Notes under the pieces: model-generated
What the model was told of the DNA's origin: nothing
The model's input: only the letters and a program-made list of their open reading frames with translations
Databases searched by the model: none
Shown here: piece after piece, positions 30,007-39,432 of the stretch
Layout: every line of letters starts with the position of its first letter
Position numbering within the stretch: position 1 is the stretch's first letter
Made by a program: the position numbers and the translations under genes
From: an uncultured Pelagibacteraceae bacterium
GTDB lineage: Bacteria > Pseudomonadota > Alphaproteobacteria > Pelagibacterales > Pelagibacteraceae
Assembly (NCBI GenBank): GCA_902592445.1
Contig: CACJEN010000004.1
Span: 34,991 to 98,990, forward strand
Direction of reading: 5' to 3'
Length of the DNA: 64,000 nucleotides

Positions 30007-30034
30007 GGTTTAGCATTTTAAATCTAAAATGCAA
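30007..30034 (-). promoter_or_regulatory. Candidate promoter of the His leader with an overlapping inverted repeat
   Basis: Minus strand TTGCAT-N16-TAAACC (preceded by TGC), 8 nt before the leader ATG; GCATTTTA-AATC-TAAAATGC palindrome at 30013-30032. Confidence 0.4.
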
Positions 30035-30041
30035 TACTGAA

Positions 30042-30087
30042 TTGTATAGGAATAAAAATGCTAATTTAGCAATCTATCCCTATACAA
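30042..30087 (-). terminator. Stem-loop downstream of the cold-shock gene
   Basis: TTGTATAGG...CCTATACAA 9-bp inverted repeat 22 nt after the csp stop codon. Confidence 0.45.
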
Positions 30088-30109
30088 ATGTTTTAAATGA
30101 AATAAATTT

Positions 30110-30322
30110 TTAAGAAATTTTCTTTAAATTTACTGCGCTTGGACCTTTGTCTCCGTCCTGAATTTCGAATTCTATTGCATCATTTTCATTCAAAAAACGA
30201 AGTCCTGCTTCACGAACTGCGCTCGCATGAACGAAACAATCCTTTTCACCGTCTTCTCTTTCTATAAAACCGTAGCCCTTCTTACCGTTGAACCACTTAA
30301 CTTTACCTTTTAATGTACTCAT
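30110..30322 (-). CDS. cspA: Cold-shock domain protein
   Basis: GKVKWFN..KGYGFI (RNP1), FVHAS (RNP2). Confidence 0.95.
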   Translation of the reverse strand: MSTLKGKVKWFNGKKGYGFIEREDGEKDCFVHASAVREAGLRFLNENDAIEFEIQDGDKGPSAVNLKKIS

Positions 30323-30451
30323 ACTTATTTTTTACTCTTTCTTATTAGTTTATTTACTCGCTAATTAAATTAGCAATCGCTGAGTATAAGAAATTGCCAG
30401 ATATAGCAAGATTATATTTGGTCTGGATTTATCTATTTTACCACCAAGATG

Positions 30452-30527
30452 TGGTGGCTTCGGCGGGACTCGAACCAGCGACACAAGCCTTTTCAGGGCT
30501 CTGCTCTACCACCTGAGCTACGAAGCC
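30452..30527 (-). tRNA. tRNA-Phe (GAA)
   Basis: GGCTTCG...CTGAAAA anticodon loop...TTCGAGT...CGAAGCC-A-CCA, 76 nt. Confidence 0.96.
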
Positions 30528-30533
30528 ATCATT

Positions 30534-30749
30534 TTAAGATCTAAAAATTATCCTACCTTTAGATAAATCGTAGGGACTAACTTCTAATTTAACTCTGTCA
30601 CCTTGTAAAACTCTGATACGGTTTTTTCTAAGTTTACCTGCAGTATGAGCGGTTACGTTGTGCCCATTGTCTAGCTTTACTCTAAACATTGCATTTGGAA
30701 GCAGGTCAGTTACGACGCCTTCAAATTCTAACGTATCTTGTTTTCCCAA
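30534..30749 (-). CDS. infA: Translation initiation factor IF-1
   Basis: [26 protein letters not shown]; TTG start. Confidence 0.97.
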   Translation of the reverse strand: MGKQDTLEFEGVVTDLLPNAMFRVKLDNGHNVTAHTAGKLRKNRIRVLQGDRVKLEVSPYDLSKGRIIFRS

Positions 30750-32015
30750 TTATTTACCTTTCATTCTAGATCTAATACTTTGAGCATGATTATCTAGATC
30801 TTCATACTCAGCGAGATGTGTAGCGGATTCTCCTAATTTCTCAATACCTTTTTTTGTAAGAGTTATATAGCTAATTTTTTTATAAAACTCACTTGAGTTT
30901 AATCCAGATGAAAACTTTGCGGAGCCTAAGGTTGGTAAAACATGGTTAGTACCAACATTATAATCTGAAACAGCCATTGGAGAATATTTTCCAATCATAA
31001 TACTTCCCGCATTATAAATTTGATTTAGATACTTTTTATAATTAAACACGTTAATTTCTAAGTGTTCAGGAGCTATTTCATTAATTGCTTCTATTATTTG
31101 CTTATCAGTTTGAGCAAATACAATTAATCCATTATTTTTCAAACTTTTTAAAACAACACTCTTTCTTTGAACTTTTTGTATCCTTCCTTTAATTTCAATA
31201 TTAAATTTATTTACTAATTGTTTATCTTTTGTAATTAAAATACATTGTGAGTTAACGTCATGCTCTGCTTGACCAATCATAGATGTTATGACTTGATTTA
31301 GATCAGTTTTTCCATCTGCTAATACACAAATTTCACTAGGCCCAGCTACCATTCCTTCTGTCCCAACATCACCAAAAACTTCACGTTTACTTCTTGCAAC
31401 ATATATATTTCCAGGTCCAACAATTTTATTCACTTTTTGAATGTATGCTAAACTCGCTATAGCTTGTGCCCCACCCATAGAGTAAATTTCCTTAATTCCA
31501 ACTTTTTTAGCAGCATAAAGAACAGCGGGGTTAAGTTTTCCATCAAGTTTTGGGTTAGCTAAAACAATTCTTTTAACGCCTGAAATTTTTGCAGGCACTG
31601 CATTCATTAGTAATGTAGATGGTAAATTAGCTGGAACATAAATTCCCACTGACTGTAAAGGCACATGCTTATATTCAAGTTTATTTTTTAAATTATCGAA
31701 ATACTTAATGTCTTTTGGTTTTTGTAGTGAATGAAACTTAAAAATTCTATTATAGGCTAAATCGATACTTTTTTTAATCTTAGGGTTTAATGCTCTTATT
31801 GCTTTGTTTACTTTATCCTTTGAAGGTACAATCTCTGTATTTTTACTAAATTTTTTCTCATACTTTAAGAGAGCCTTTTTCCCATTTTTTCTAATATCTT
31901 TTATAATTTTCGGGACAATTGAAGTATCTACCTCTTTTCCAGATCTTCTTTTATCTAAAAAGGATAGTAGTTCTCTTTTATAATTTTTTTTCTTACAACT
32001 AATTACTTTTATCAT
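30750..32015 (-). CDS. hisD: Histidinol dehydrogenase
   Basis: GGAQAIA, GPGNIYV, AGPSE, QAEHD, APEHL, GTNHVLPT. Confidence 0.95.
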   Translation of the reverse strand: MIKVISCKKKNYKRELLSFLDKRRSGKEVDTSIVPKIIKDIRKNGKKALLKYEKKFSKNTEIVPSKDKVNKAIRALNPKIKKSIDLAYNRIFKFHSLQKPKDIKYFDNLKNKLEYKHVPLQSVGIYVPANLPSTLLMNAVPAKISGVKRIVLANPKLDGKLNPAVLYAAKKVGIKEIYSMGGAQAIASLAYIQKVNKIVGPGNIYVARSKREVFGDVGTEGMVAGPSEICVLADGKTDLNQVITSMIGQAEHDVNSQCILITKDKQLVNKFNIEIKGRIQKVQRKSVVLKSLKNNGLIVFAQTDKQIIEAINEIAPEHLEINVFNYKKYLNQIYNAGSIMIGKYSPMAVSDYNVGTNHVLPTLGSAKFSSGLNSSEFYKKISYITLTKKGIEKLGESATHLAEYEDLDNHAQSIRSRMKGK

Positions 32016-32406
32016 TCTCTATTTTTTGATCTTCTAACACTGCTTCTATAATTTCAGAAGTGAGTGTTATAAATCTATTTTTTGAAAATAATAGGGTTAT
32101 TTCAAAATTATGTTCTCTTTTAAATAAATCTATTGCTAACAATTCAAGTTCTGTTTCTGGTTCATTTTGATCAATATTTTTTGATTTAGTGGATTGAACA
32201 AATTCAAATTTTATAATGCTATTTATTATTTTATTATCATCTTCATTTTCCCTATCTTTTCTTAAAATTGAAATGAGAAATATTTTATTTGAAGGAAGGT
32301 ATTTAATATCTGATATTTTAACTTTACCTTCTGAGCAACATGCAGATATCATTTGAAGGTCTTCTGGAGATTGAGCAATAATTTTTTTTAAGAACTTTTT
32401 ATCCAT
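31999..32406 (-). CDS. DUF2948-family protein
   Basis: A.S.EDL..ISA and L.LLAI motifs; murA-DUF2948-hisD order. Confidence 0.85.
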   Translation of the reverse strand: MDKKFLKKIIAQSPEDLQMISACCSEGKVKISDIKYLPSNKIFLISILRKDRENEDDNKIINSIIKFEFVQSTKSKNIDQNEPETELELLAIDLFKREHNFEITLLFSKNRFITLTSEIIEAVLEDQKIENDKSN

Positions 32407-33668
32407 TAAGATAATCTTTTTATTCTAACTCCAATTTTTTTTAGTTTATTTTCAATTTTTTCATATCCTCTGTCTAAGTGGTATATTCTATTAATTACTG
32501 ACTGCCCTTTTGATATAATTGCAGCTAAAACTAAAGCAACCGAAGCTCTTAAATCGCTGGACATTAATTCTGCCCCTATAAATTCTGTATTACCTTCAAT
32601 AATAGCTTTGTTATCTTTTATAACTATTTTTGCGCCTAATCTTCTTAACTCAGCAACATGCATAAATCTATTTTCGAAAATACTTTCGGTTATTGAACAT
32701 GTTCCATTAGCTTTACTCATTAAAACCATAAACTGTGCCTGTAAATCAGTTGGAAAGTTTGGATATTCTTTTGTAACAATATTATTAATACTTTTAATTT
32801 TTTGCGGCCCTTTAATCTTTATTTCGTTTTTATTTGTATTTATTTTTGCTCCGGATCTCTTGAGTAAATTTAATTCTGTCTGAATCAATTTTGGATTAAA
32901 ATTTTTAATTGTTAGATTGCCTTTTGTTAAAGTTGCAGCAACACAAAAAGTTCCTGTTTCTATTCTGTCTCCCATCACAGAATAGGTGGTTGGGTTCAAA
33001 GAATTTACACCAATTATTTGACAAGTTCTCTTTCCAATCCATTTTATGTTTGCACCTGCTGATTTCAGAAAATTTGTTAGATCCTTTATTTCAGGTTCAA
33101 TCGCGCAATTTTTTAAGGTAGTTTTTCCTTGCGCAAGGGTGGCTGCAATAATTGAATTTTCAGTAGCTCCAACACTAATTTTCGAAAATTTAATCATGGT
33201 GCCATTTAGTTTTCCTTTTGAACTTGCATGAATATATCCTTTTTTAATTTCATATTTCATTCCAAGTTTTTTAAGTGCATTTAAATGATAGTTTACAGGT
33301 CTTGCCCCGATTAAGCATCCTCCTGGTAGTGATGTTATAGATTTATGATATTTTGAAATTAAAGGTCCTAAAACTAATATACCTGCTCTCATCGTTTTCA
33401 CAAGCGAGTAAGAAGCAAAATAATTTTGTTTTTTTGTTTTACAAATTTTTACAGTTTTTTTATTTTTCGAGAATTTAATTTTTGAGCCAAGAGACTTAAG
33501 CAGATTTAACATTGTATCTATATCTCTAACCCTTGGAAGATTTTCTATAACCACAGGTTTATCAAATAATAAGGTTGAAGCTAAAATTGGTAATGCTGCG
33601 TTTTTTGACCCACTGATTGAGACTTGTCCCTTGACTCTACAAGGACCCGAAATCAAAAATTTGTCCAT
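32406..33668 (-). CDS. murA: UDP-N-acetylglucosamine 1-carboxyvinyltransferase
   Basis: KNAALP, LPGGC.IG.RP, SVGATEN, PTDLQAQ, DLRA. Confidence 0.97.
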   Translation of the reverse strand: MDKFLISGPCRVKGQVSISGSKNAALPILASTLLFDKPVVIENLPRVRDIDTMLNLLKSLGSKIKFSKNKKTVKICKTKKQNYFASYSLVKTMRAGILVLGPLISKYHKSITSLPGGCLIGARPVNYHLNALKKLGMKYEIKKGYIHASSKGKLNGTMIKFSKISVGATENSIIAATLAQGKTTLKNCAIEPEIKDLTNFLKSAGANIKWIGKRTCQIIGVNSLNPTTYSVMGDRIETGTFCVAATLTKGNLTIKNFNPKLIQTELNLLKRSGAKINTNKNEIKIKGPQKIKSINNIVTKEYPNFPTDLQAQFMVLMSKANGTCSITESIFENRFMHVAELRRLGAKIVIKDNKAIIEGNTEFIGAELMSSDLRASVALVLAAIISKGQSVINRIYHLDRGYEKIENKLKKIGVRIKRLS

Positions 33669-33669
33669 T

Positions 33670-34227
33670 TTATTTTATTTTTGCGACCTGAATAGTTGTT
33701 TGACCCTGATATTTTCCGTTCTTAGATTTATATGTAGTTTCTGGTTCTGTCTCTGATTTAAAAAATAAAAACTGAGCTATACCCTCATTTGAATAGATCT
33801 TTGCTGGATTGGGTGTTGTATTGCTCAGCTCTATAACAATATTTCCTTCAAACTCATTCTCAATTGGAGTCACATTACAAATTATACCAGTTCTTGCGTA
33901 TGTACTTTTTCCAACACATATACAAAGGACATCTTTTGGAATTCTAAAATATTCAACTGTTTTTGCTAAAACAAAAGAATTAGGTGGTATTATGCAGTGA
34001 GGACCCTTTCTTTCAATAAAATTTTCATCAGAGAAATTTTTAGGGTCTACTAACGAACTATTTACATTTGTAAAAATTCTGTATTCATCTGAAATTCTGA
34101 CATCATAACCCATACTACTTAATCCATAAGATATTTTTCCCTCAGAAACTTGATGATCTAAAAATGGCTCAATCATGTTGTGTTCTTTACACATTTTTTT
34201 AATCCAAGAATCTGGCTGAATAGACAT
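33670..34227 (-). CDS. dcd: dCTP deaminase
   Basis: SYGLSS.GYD, GKSTYAR.G, NEGIAQ, GKYQGQ. Confidence 0.96.
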   Translation of the reverse strand: MSIQPDSWIKKMCKEHNMIEPFLDHQVSEGKISYGLSSMGYDVRISDEYRIFTNVNSSLVDPKNFSDENFIERKGPHCIIPPNSFVLAKTVEYFRIPKDVLCICVGKSTYARTGIICNVTPIENEFEGNIVIELSNTTPNPAKIYSNEGIAQFLFFKSETEPETTYKSKNGKYQGQTTIQVAKIK

Positions 34228-34229
34228 AA

Positions 34230-34334
34230 CTATTTATTATTTTTCTTTTGTTTCTTTTGAAAAATTTTTCTCTTTTTTAAATTCTTTTTCAATGCAAGTT
34301 CAAGTTTACTAAGCTTATCCTTCCTTGAATTCAT
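34230..34334 (-). CDS. Unannotated 34-aa basic protein [34 protein letters not shown]
   Basis: Translated by hand; fills the gap between the 65-aa ORF (4 nt away) and dcd (2 nt away). Confidence 0.65.
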   Translation of the reverse strand: MNSRKDKLSKLELALKKNLKKRKIFQKKQKKNNK

Positions 34335-34338
34335 TGAA

Positions 34339-34536
34339 TTACTTTTTGTCAGGATTTGTAAGGTGATCTAAAGTTATAACTTGGTCTATAGGAATTGTTT
34401 TATCTTCTTCTTTTTTTATTTCTTCATGCTTTGCTTGTCTTTTAGCTTTTTTTTCAGCAAGCTTCTTTTCTCGTTTAGCTTGCTTTTCCATTGCTTTTGC
34501 GCCTCGAGTAGATTTATAATCGTAGTGAATTCCCAT
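34339..34536 (-). CDS. Hypothetical 65-aa Lys/Glu-rich protein
   Basis: Strong TAAGGA RBS before the ATG; charged helical segment. Confidence 0.75.
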   Translation of the reverse strand: MGIHYDYKSTRGAKAMEKQAKREKKLAEKKAKRQAKHEEIKKEEDKTIPIDQVITLDHLTNPDKK

Positions 34537-34632
34537 AGCATTTCCTTATGACAGATATAACCCATTTTTGAAAAAAATTAAGGCAATAATTTGAAAAAAT
34601 TAATTTTATACACTAAATTTAAAATAAAATTT

Positions 34633-34706
34633 GCCCCTATAGTTAAATGGTATAACACATCCATGGTAAGGATGAGTTTCCAGTTCAATTCTGGGTGGGG
34701 GCACCA
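34633..34706 (+). tRNA. tRNA-Thr (GGT)
   Basis: GCCCCTA...CATCC-ATGGTAA-GGATG...TTCAATT...TGGGGGC-A-CCA. Confidence 0.93.
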
Positions 34707-34709
34707 GAT

Positions 34710-35429
34710 TTACTCTGTGTAAAATTTTTTTCTTAAAAGAAATCCAATAAAAACTAAAATTATTATTCCAGTGATTGGTAAATAGATATCTGGTGTCAAC
34801 AATAATTGAAAAAGACTTGGTATCTCAGAATTTTCTTCTAATATTTTGTTCAGGCCAGCACCAAGTGAAGCTCCAATAAATAATTGAGGGGTCATTCCAA
34901 TAACTGAACCAAGAAAAAAATTTCTTACTTTAACATTAAAAATTGTAGGTAAAATATTTGATATAAAAAAAGGTATACCGCCTATAAATCTATAAATTAA
35001 AAAAAAAGTAAACTCCCTCTCTTTAAATTTTTCAGTTAAATTTTTAAAACGTGATGAAAACTTTTCTTCGACTAAGTCTTTTAAAAAATAATTTGCAAAC
35101 ATATACAAAAATGTTGCACCGATTGATAATCCAAAAACAATTATTATAGTACCCAACCATTTACCAAAAATAAATCCTCCTACTAAAAATACTGGAGCAC
35201 CAAACCCCAGTAACAAGACCCAAATAATTGTTCCGAGTAAAAATAAAATACTAGATATTATAATATTGCTATTTTTAAATTGTTCTAATGTGTCTCTATT
35301 TTCTCTAATCAATTCATAACTTGAAAAATCCTGAAACGAGAAAGTACTAAAAAAAAACCACAAAAAAATGGATACAATCAATATATACACAGAACCTAAA
35401 AATATTTTAATTTTTTTTTCTTTATTCAT
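34710..35429 (-). CDS. TVP38/DedA (VTT domain) membrane protein
   Basis: Multi-TM; GGFIFG...G, IGAT..Y, RFIGGIPF..SN, G..P. Confidence 0.88.
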   Translation of the reverse strand: MNKEKKIKIFLGSVYILIVSIFLWFFFSTFSFQDFSSYELIRENRDTLEQFKNSNIIISSILFLLGTIIWVLLLGFGAPVFLVGGFIFGKWLGTIIIVFGLSIGATFLYMFANYFLKDLVEEKFSSRFKNLTEKFKEREFTFFLIYRFIGGIPFFISNILPTIFNVKVRNFFLGSVIGMTPQLFIGASLGAGLNKILEENSEIPSLFQLLLTPDIYLPITGIIILVFIGFLLRKKFYTE

Positions 35430-35512
35430 TGATCTCTAATTTATTAAAAATCACTGTACTTATATATATTTATTTGTATAAGTACGGGAATTTTACAATA
35501 AATTAATTAACC

Positions 35513-35650
35513 ATGAAACGTACATATCAACCAAGTAATCGAGTTCGAAAGAAATCTGTGGGGTTCAGGGCTAAAATGAAAACCAAAGGTGGAAGAAAAG
35601 TCCTTAAAAGAAGAAGAGCCAAGGGTAGAAAAAAATTAACTAATGCTTAA
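35513..35650 (+). CDS. rpmH: 50S ribosomal protein L34 (absent from the ORF track)
   Basis: [45 protein letters not shown]. Confidence 0.98.
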   Translation: MKRTYQPSNRVRKKSVGFRAKMKTKGGRKVLKRRRAKGRKKLTNA

Positions 35651-35991
35651 TGAAAAGCAAAATATTAAGCCTTTCTAAAAATGAAGAATTTAAATCAATC
35701 CTTAGTGGAAAAAAAATATCTAATAAATATTTAACAATTTTTTTTAAAAGATTATCTGGTAAGAACAACAAAAAATTAAATATTAGCTTTGTGACTAAAA
35801 AGAAAATTGGTAACGCTGTAAGTAGAAACAAAATAAAAAGAAGGCTTAAAAATATTATGAATGATGCTGTGAAATCAATCAATATAAACTTTAATTATTC
35901 ATATCTTTTGATCTCTCGAAAATCTGTTTTGGATGACAATTATAAAATTATAAAAGAGAAAGTTTTTCAAGATTTTGAAAAAATAAAATAA
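35650..35991 (+). CDS. rnpA: RNase P protein component
   Basis: KKKIGNAVSRNKIKRRL RNR motif; follows rpmH. Confidence 0.95.
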   Translation: MKSKILSLSKNEEFKSILSGKKISNKYLTIFFKRLSGKNNKKLNISFVTKKKIGNAVSRNKIKRRLKNIMNDAVKSININFNYSYLLISRKSVLDDNYKIIKEKVFQDFEKIK

Positions 35992-36239
35992 TGAAAATTA
36001 TAAATTATATTTTTATTTTTTTTATAAAGGCTTACAAGTTCTTATTAAGCCCTTTTTTTTATAACTCTTGCAAATTCCATCCAACTTGTAGCAGTTATTG
36101 TCTAGAATGTTTTGAAAAATACAATTTTATTAAAGCAATCTATAAATCATTTCTTAGAATTTTAAGATGTAATCCATGGTTTGGTCATGGGGGGCATGAT
36201 CCTGTTGAAAAGATAAGAGGTAAAAAAATTGGACTCTAA
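35991..36239 (+). CDS. yidD: Membrane protein insertion efficiency factor
   Basis: CKFHPTCSSY, RILRCNPW..GG.DPV. Confidence 0.95.
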   Translation: MKIINYIFIFFIKAYKFLLSPFFYNSCKFHPTCSSYCLECFEKYNFIKAIYKSFLRILRCNPWFGHGGHDPVEKIRGKKIGL

Positions 36240-37911
36240 AAATGTAATAGCAGCAATTTCATTGAGTGCAGCAGTGATAATAATTTATGGATTATTTTTT
36301 GCTCCTCCACCCCCAGATCCAAAAAAAATCAATAATGAAAAAAATAATACTGTTGAATCGACGAGTGAAGCACCATCATTAGATCAAAATATAGGGGTTT
36401 CAAAAATTTCTCGAAATGAGGCTATTGAAAATGAAGATAGAGTTCAATTTGAAAATAGTACAGTAATTGGATCAATTTCTTTAGTTGGTGCATCTATAGA
36501 TGATTTAACATTTAAAAAGTACACTAATACTCTAAATAGTGATGATAATGTTGTTTTGTTAAATCCAAAAAAGGTAGAGGATGGTTATTATATTGAAACC
36601 GGGTGGGTAACAGCAAACAAAAATATTAATCTTCCTAATTCTAAAACAATTTGGACAATTGAAGGAAAAAATAAATTAACCCCTAACTCTCCAATAAAGC
36701 TCTCATGGACAAATGATCAAAATATTAAATTCATAAAAGATATTAGTATTGATGATCAATATTTATTTAAAGTAAACCAAACAATAATTAATAATTCAGA
36801 AAAAACTTATAATTTTTACCCTTATGGCCAGATTATAAGAAACCTAGCACCGGAAATAATTGATTTTTTTATTCTACACGAAGGTCTTATAGGTGTATTT
36901 GATGATCAATTAGTTGAAGAGGACTATGATGATATAAAGGAAAAAAAATTTTCAATTAATGCTGATAAGGGATGGTTGGGAATTACTGACAAGTACTGGA
37001 TTACAAGTTTAGTACCACAAGAAAATAGAAAATTTAGAACTGACTTTGATTATAAAAATAAGTTTAGAGCAAACTTTATTGAGACAAATGCAACAGAAAT
37101 TGGAGCTAATGAAACAAAATCTAATGAGATTAAGATTATAATAGCAGCAAAAGAGGTTGATATTATTGATGGATACGCTGAAAATCTCAGTATAAGCAAA
37201 TATGACTTGGCAATTGATTGGGGTTGGTTTTATTTTTTAGTAAAACCACTTTTTTTCGTAATAGACTATTTTTTCAAACTTACAGGTAATTTTGGTATAG
37301 CTATCATTCTAATTACTATTTGTATTAGAATAGTATTTTTCCCACTTGCAAATTACTCATTTAAATCAATGGCAAAAATGAAAGTTCTTCAGCCTGAAAT
37401 GACAAGACTAAAAGAACTTCATAAAGAAGATAAAATGAAACTGCAGCAAGAAATGATGGCATTGTATAAGAAGGAAAAAGTAAATCCTGTAAGCGGATGC
37501 CTTCCTATTTTTATACAGATACCTTTCTTCTTTGCAATTTATAAAGTCTTGTTTGTAACTTTAGAAATGAGACATCAACCATTTTATGGATGGATAAAAG
37601 ATTTAAGTGAAAGAGATCCAACTTCAATATTTAATTTATTTGGACTTATCCCATGGGACCCACCATCATTTTTACTTATTGGTGTATGGCCGTGTTTAAT
37701 GGGTCTGAGTATGTATCTTCAACAAAAACTAAATCCAACTCCTCCTGATCCAATTCAGGCAAAAATATTTGCGTTCTTTCCTTTATTTCTTACAGTTATT
37801 TTAGCACCTTTCCCGTCAGGCTTGGTAATTTATTGGACAATTAACAACATACTTACTATGGCACAGCAGTACGTCATAATAAAAAGAACTACTGTAAAAA
37901 CTGCTCAATAG
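36229..37911 (+). CDS. yidC: Membrane protein insertase
   Basis: IDWGWFY, GNFGIAII, GCLP..IQIP.F, GLVIYW. Confidence 0.97.
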   Translation: MDSKNVIAAISLSAAVIIIYGLFFAPPPPDPKKINNEKNNTVESTSEAPSLDQNIGVSKISRNEAIENEDRVQFENSTVIGSISLVGASIDDLTFKKYTNTLNSDDNVVLLNPKKVEDGYYIETGWVTANKNINLPNSKTIWTIEGKNKLTPNSPIKLSWTNDQNIKFIKDISIDDQYLFKVNQTIINNSEKTYNFYPYGQIIRNLAPEIIDFFILHEGLIGVFDDQLVEEDYDDIKEKKFSINADKGWLGITDKYWITSLVPQENRKFRTDFDYKNKFRANFIETNATEIGANETKSNEIKIIIAAKEVDIIDGYAENLSISKYDLAIDWGWFYFLVKPLFFVIDYFFKLTGNFGIAIILITICIRIVFFPLANYSFKSMAKMKVLQPEMTRLKELHKEDKMKLQQEMMALYKKEKVNPVSGCLPIFIQIPFFFAIYKVLFVTLEMRHQPFYGWIKDLSERDPTSIFNLFGLIPWDPPSFLLIGVWPCLMGLSMYLQQKLNPTPPDPIQAKIFAFFPLFLTVILAPFPSGLVIYWTINNILTMAQQYVIIKRTTVKTAQ

Positions 37912-38760
37912 ATGGAATTAGAAAAAATTCTACCTAACAATGGACCCCCCATTGATGAAGTAAAAAAATATACAACTAAATACTCAAATGACATCATTGT
38001 TATAAAATGTGGAGGATCTGTACTTTTAGAGAAAAATTTATTTAATCAATTTATTGAAGATATATCAGTAATTAATAAATTAGGTCTGTCTGCAGTTGTT
38101 GTTCATGGTGGTGGAAAAAATATTCAAAAAAAACTTGATGAGCATAATTTAAAATCTGTATTTATCGATGGATTAAGAGTGACTGATGAAAAAACAATTA
38201 AAATTGTAGAGGAAGCTTTGCTGGAACTTAATGTTGAAATTTTAAGTGAGATAAGCAATCATCACGCTAATTCTGTATCAATCACTCCAAAAAAAAACAA
38301 TATCATAAGAGTAACCCCTGAGAGAAAAGAACTTGGTTTTGTAGGAAAACCTACTGAAATCAAAAAAGATACAATTCTAGAAATTATAAGTGAAAAGAAA
38401 ATTCCTTTAATTGTTCCAATGGGAATTGGTGAAGACAATAAAGTTTATAATATAAATGCAGATGTGGCAGCTGGCGCAATTGCAAAGGAGTTAAAAGCCA
38501 GAAGGTTGTTGTTAATGACTGATGTTGAAGGTGTGTTAGACAAAAGCAAAAATCTAATTTCTGAAATAAATTCTTCAATGGCAAATGAAATGCTTGAAAA
38601 TAAAACGATCGAAGGTGGGATGATACCTAAGATAAAAACGTGTTTAGATGCCGTAAATAATGGTGTTACTGGAGTTGTTATTGTCGATGGCAGGAAACAA
38701 CATTCTATATTATTTGAAATCTTTTCAGATAAAGGAGTTGGCACTTTAATAAGAAAATGA
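37912..38760 (+). CDS. argB: Acetylglutamate kinase
   Basis: IKCGG, VHGGG, GLRVT, NINAD, GGMIPK. Confidence 0.96.
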   Translation: MELEKILPNNGPPIDEVKKYTTKYSNDIIVIKCGGSVLLEKNLFNQFIEDISVINKLGLSAVVVHGGGKNIQKKLDEHNLKSVFIDGLRVTDEKTIKIVEEALLELNVEILSEISNHHANSVSITPKKNNIIRVTPERKELGFVGKPTEIKKDTILEIISEKKIPLIVPMGIGEDNKVYNINADVAAGAIAKELKARRLLLMTDVEGVLDKSKNLISEINSSMANEMLENKTIEGGMIPKIKTCLDAVNNGVTGVVIVDGRKQHSILFEIFSDKGVGTLIRK

Positions 38761-39428
38761 AAAATTTAACCAATATTAAAAATATATTATTTGATTGTGA
38801 TGGTGTTTTATACCAGGATTTAGAGGCAGTTTTTGGTCAAGTTAGCAAAAAAATGACAGAGTATATTTCTAAAAAATTAGATATTGATTTAAAAAAAGCT
38901 AAAGAATTGCAAACAAATTATTTTCATAAATACAATACAAGTCTAAATGGACTTATGATACATCATGATATTCCTCCTAGAGAATTTTTAGATTATGTTC
39001 ATGATATAGATCTGTCATTTTTAGAAAAAGACAAAACTTTAAGGTACGAGTTAGAAAGTATAAAATTAAATAAATTTGTTTTTACAAATGGAAGTAAAGA
39101 GCATGTTAAAAATATAACCACTCATCTTGGAATAGATGACCAATTCGATGGGGTATTTGATATAGTGGATGCAGAATACCATCCTAAACCAGAAGCAAAA
39201 GCATTTGATCTTATGGTTCAAAAATTCAAAATTGATCCAAATGAAACTCTTTATATAGAAGATATTGCAAAAAATTTGTCCATTGGAAAAGAAAGAGGAA
39301 CAATTACAGCATGGTTAATCAACGATGAATACTGGGGTAAAAAAGAGTCTGAAAAAGATTATATTGATTACAAAATTGAAAATCTCTCTTTATTTTTAAA
39401 AGAAATAAGGTTATTAAAAAACTCATAA
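38757..39428 (+). CDS. Pyrimidine 5'-nucleotidase (HAD family)
   Basis: FDCDGVLY, FTNGS..H, PKP, IEDI..NL; argB-nucleotidase-dapD order. Confidence 0.88.
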   Translation: MKNLTNIKNILFDCDGVLYQDLEAVFGQVSKKMTEYISKKLDIDLKKAKELQTNYFHKYNTSLNGLMIHHDIPPREFLDYVHDIDLSFLEKDKTLRYELESIKLNKFVFTNGSKEHVKNITTHLGIDDQFDGVFDIVDAEYHPKPEAKAFDLMVQKFKIDPNETLYIEDIAKNLSIGKERGTITAWLINDEYWGKKESEKDYIDYKIENLSLFLKEIRLLKNS

Positions 39429-39432
39429 AATT

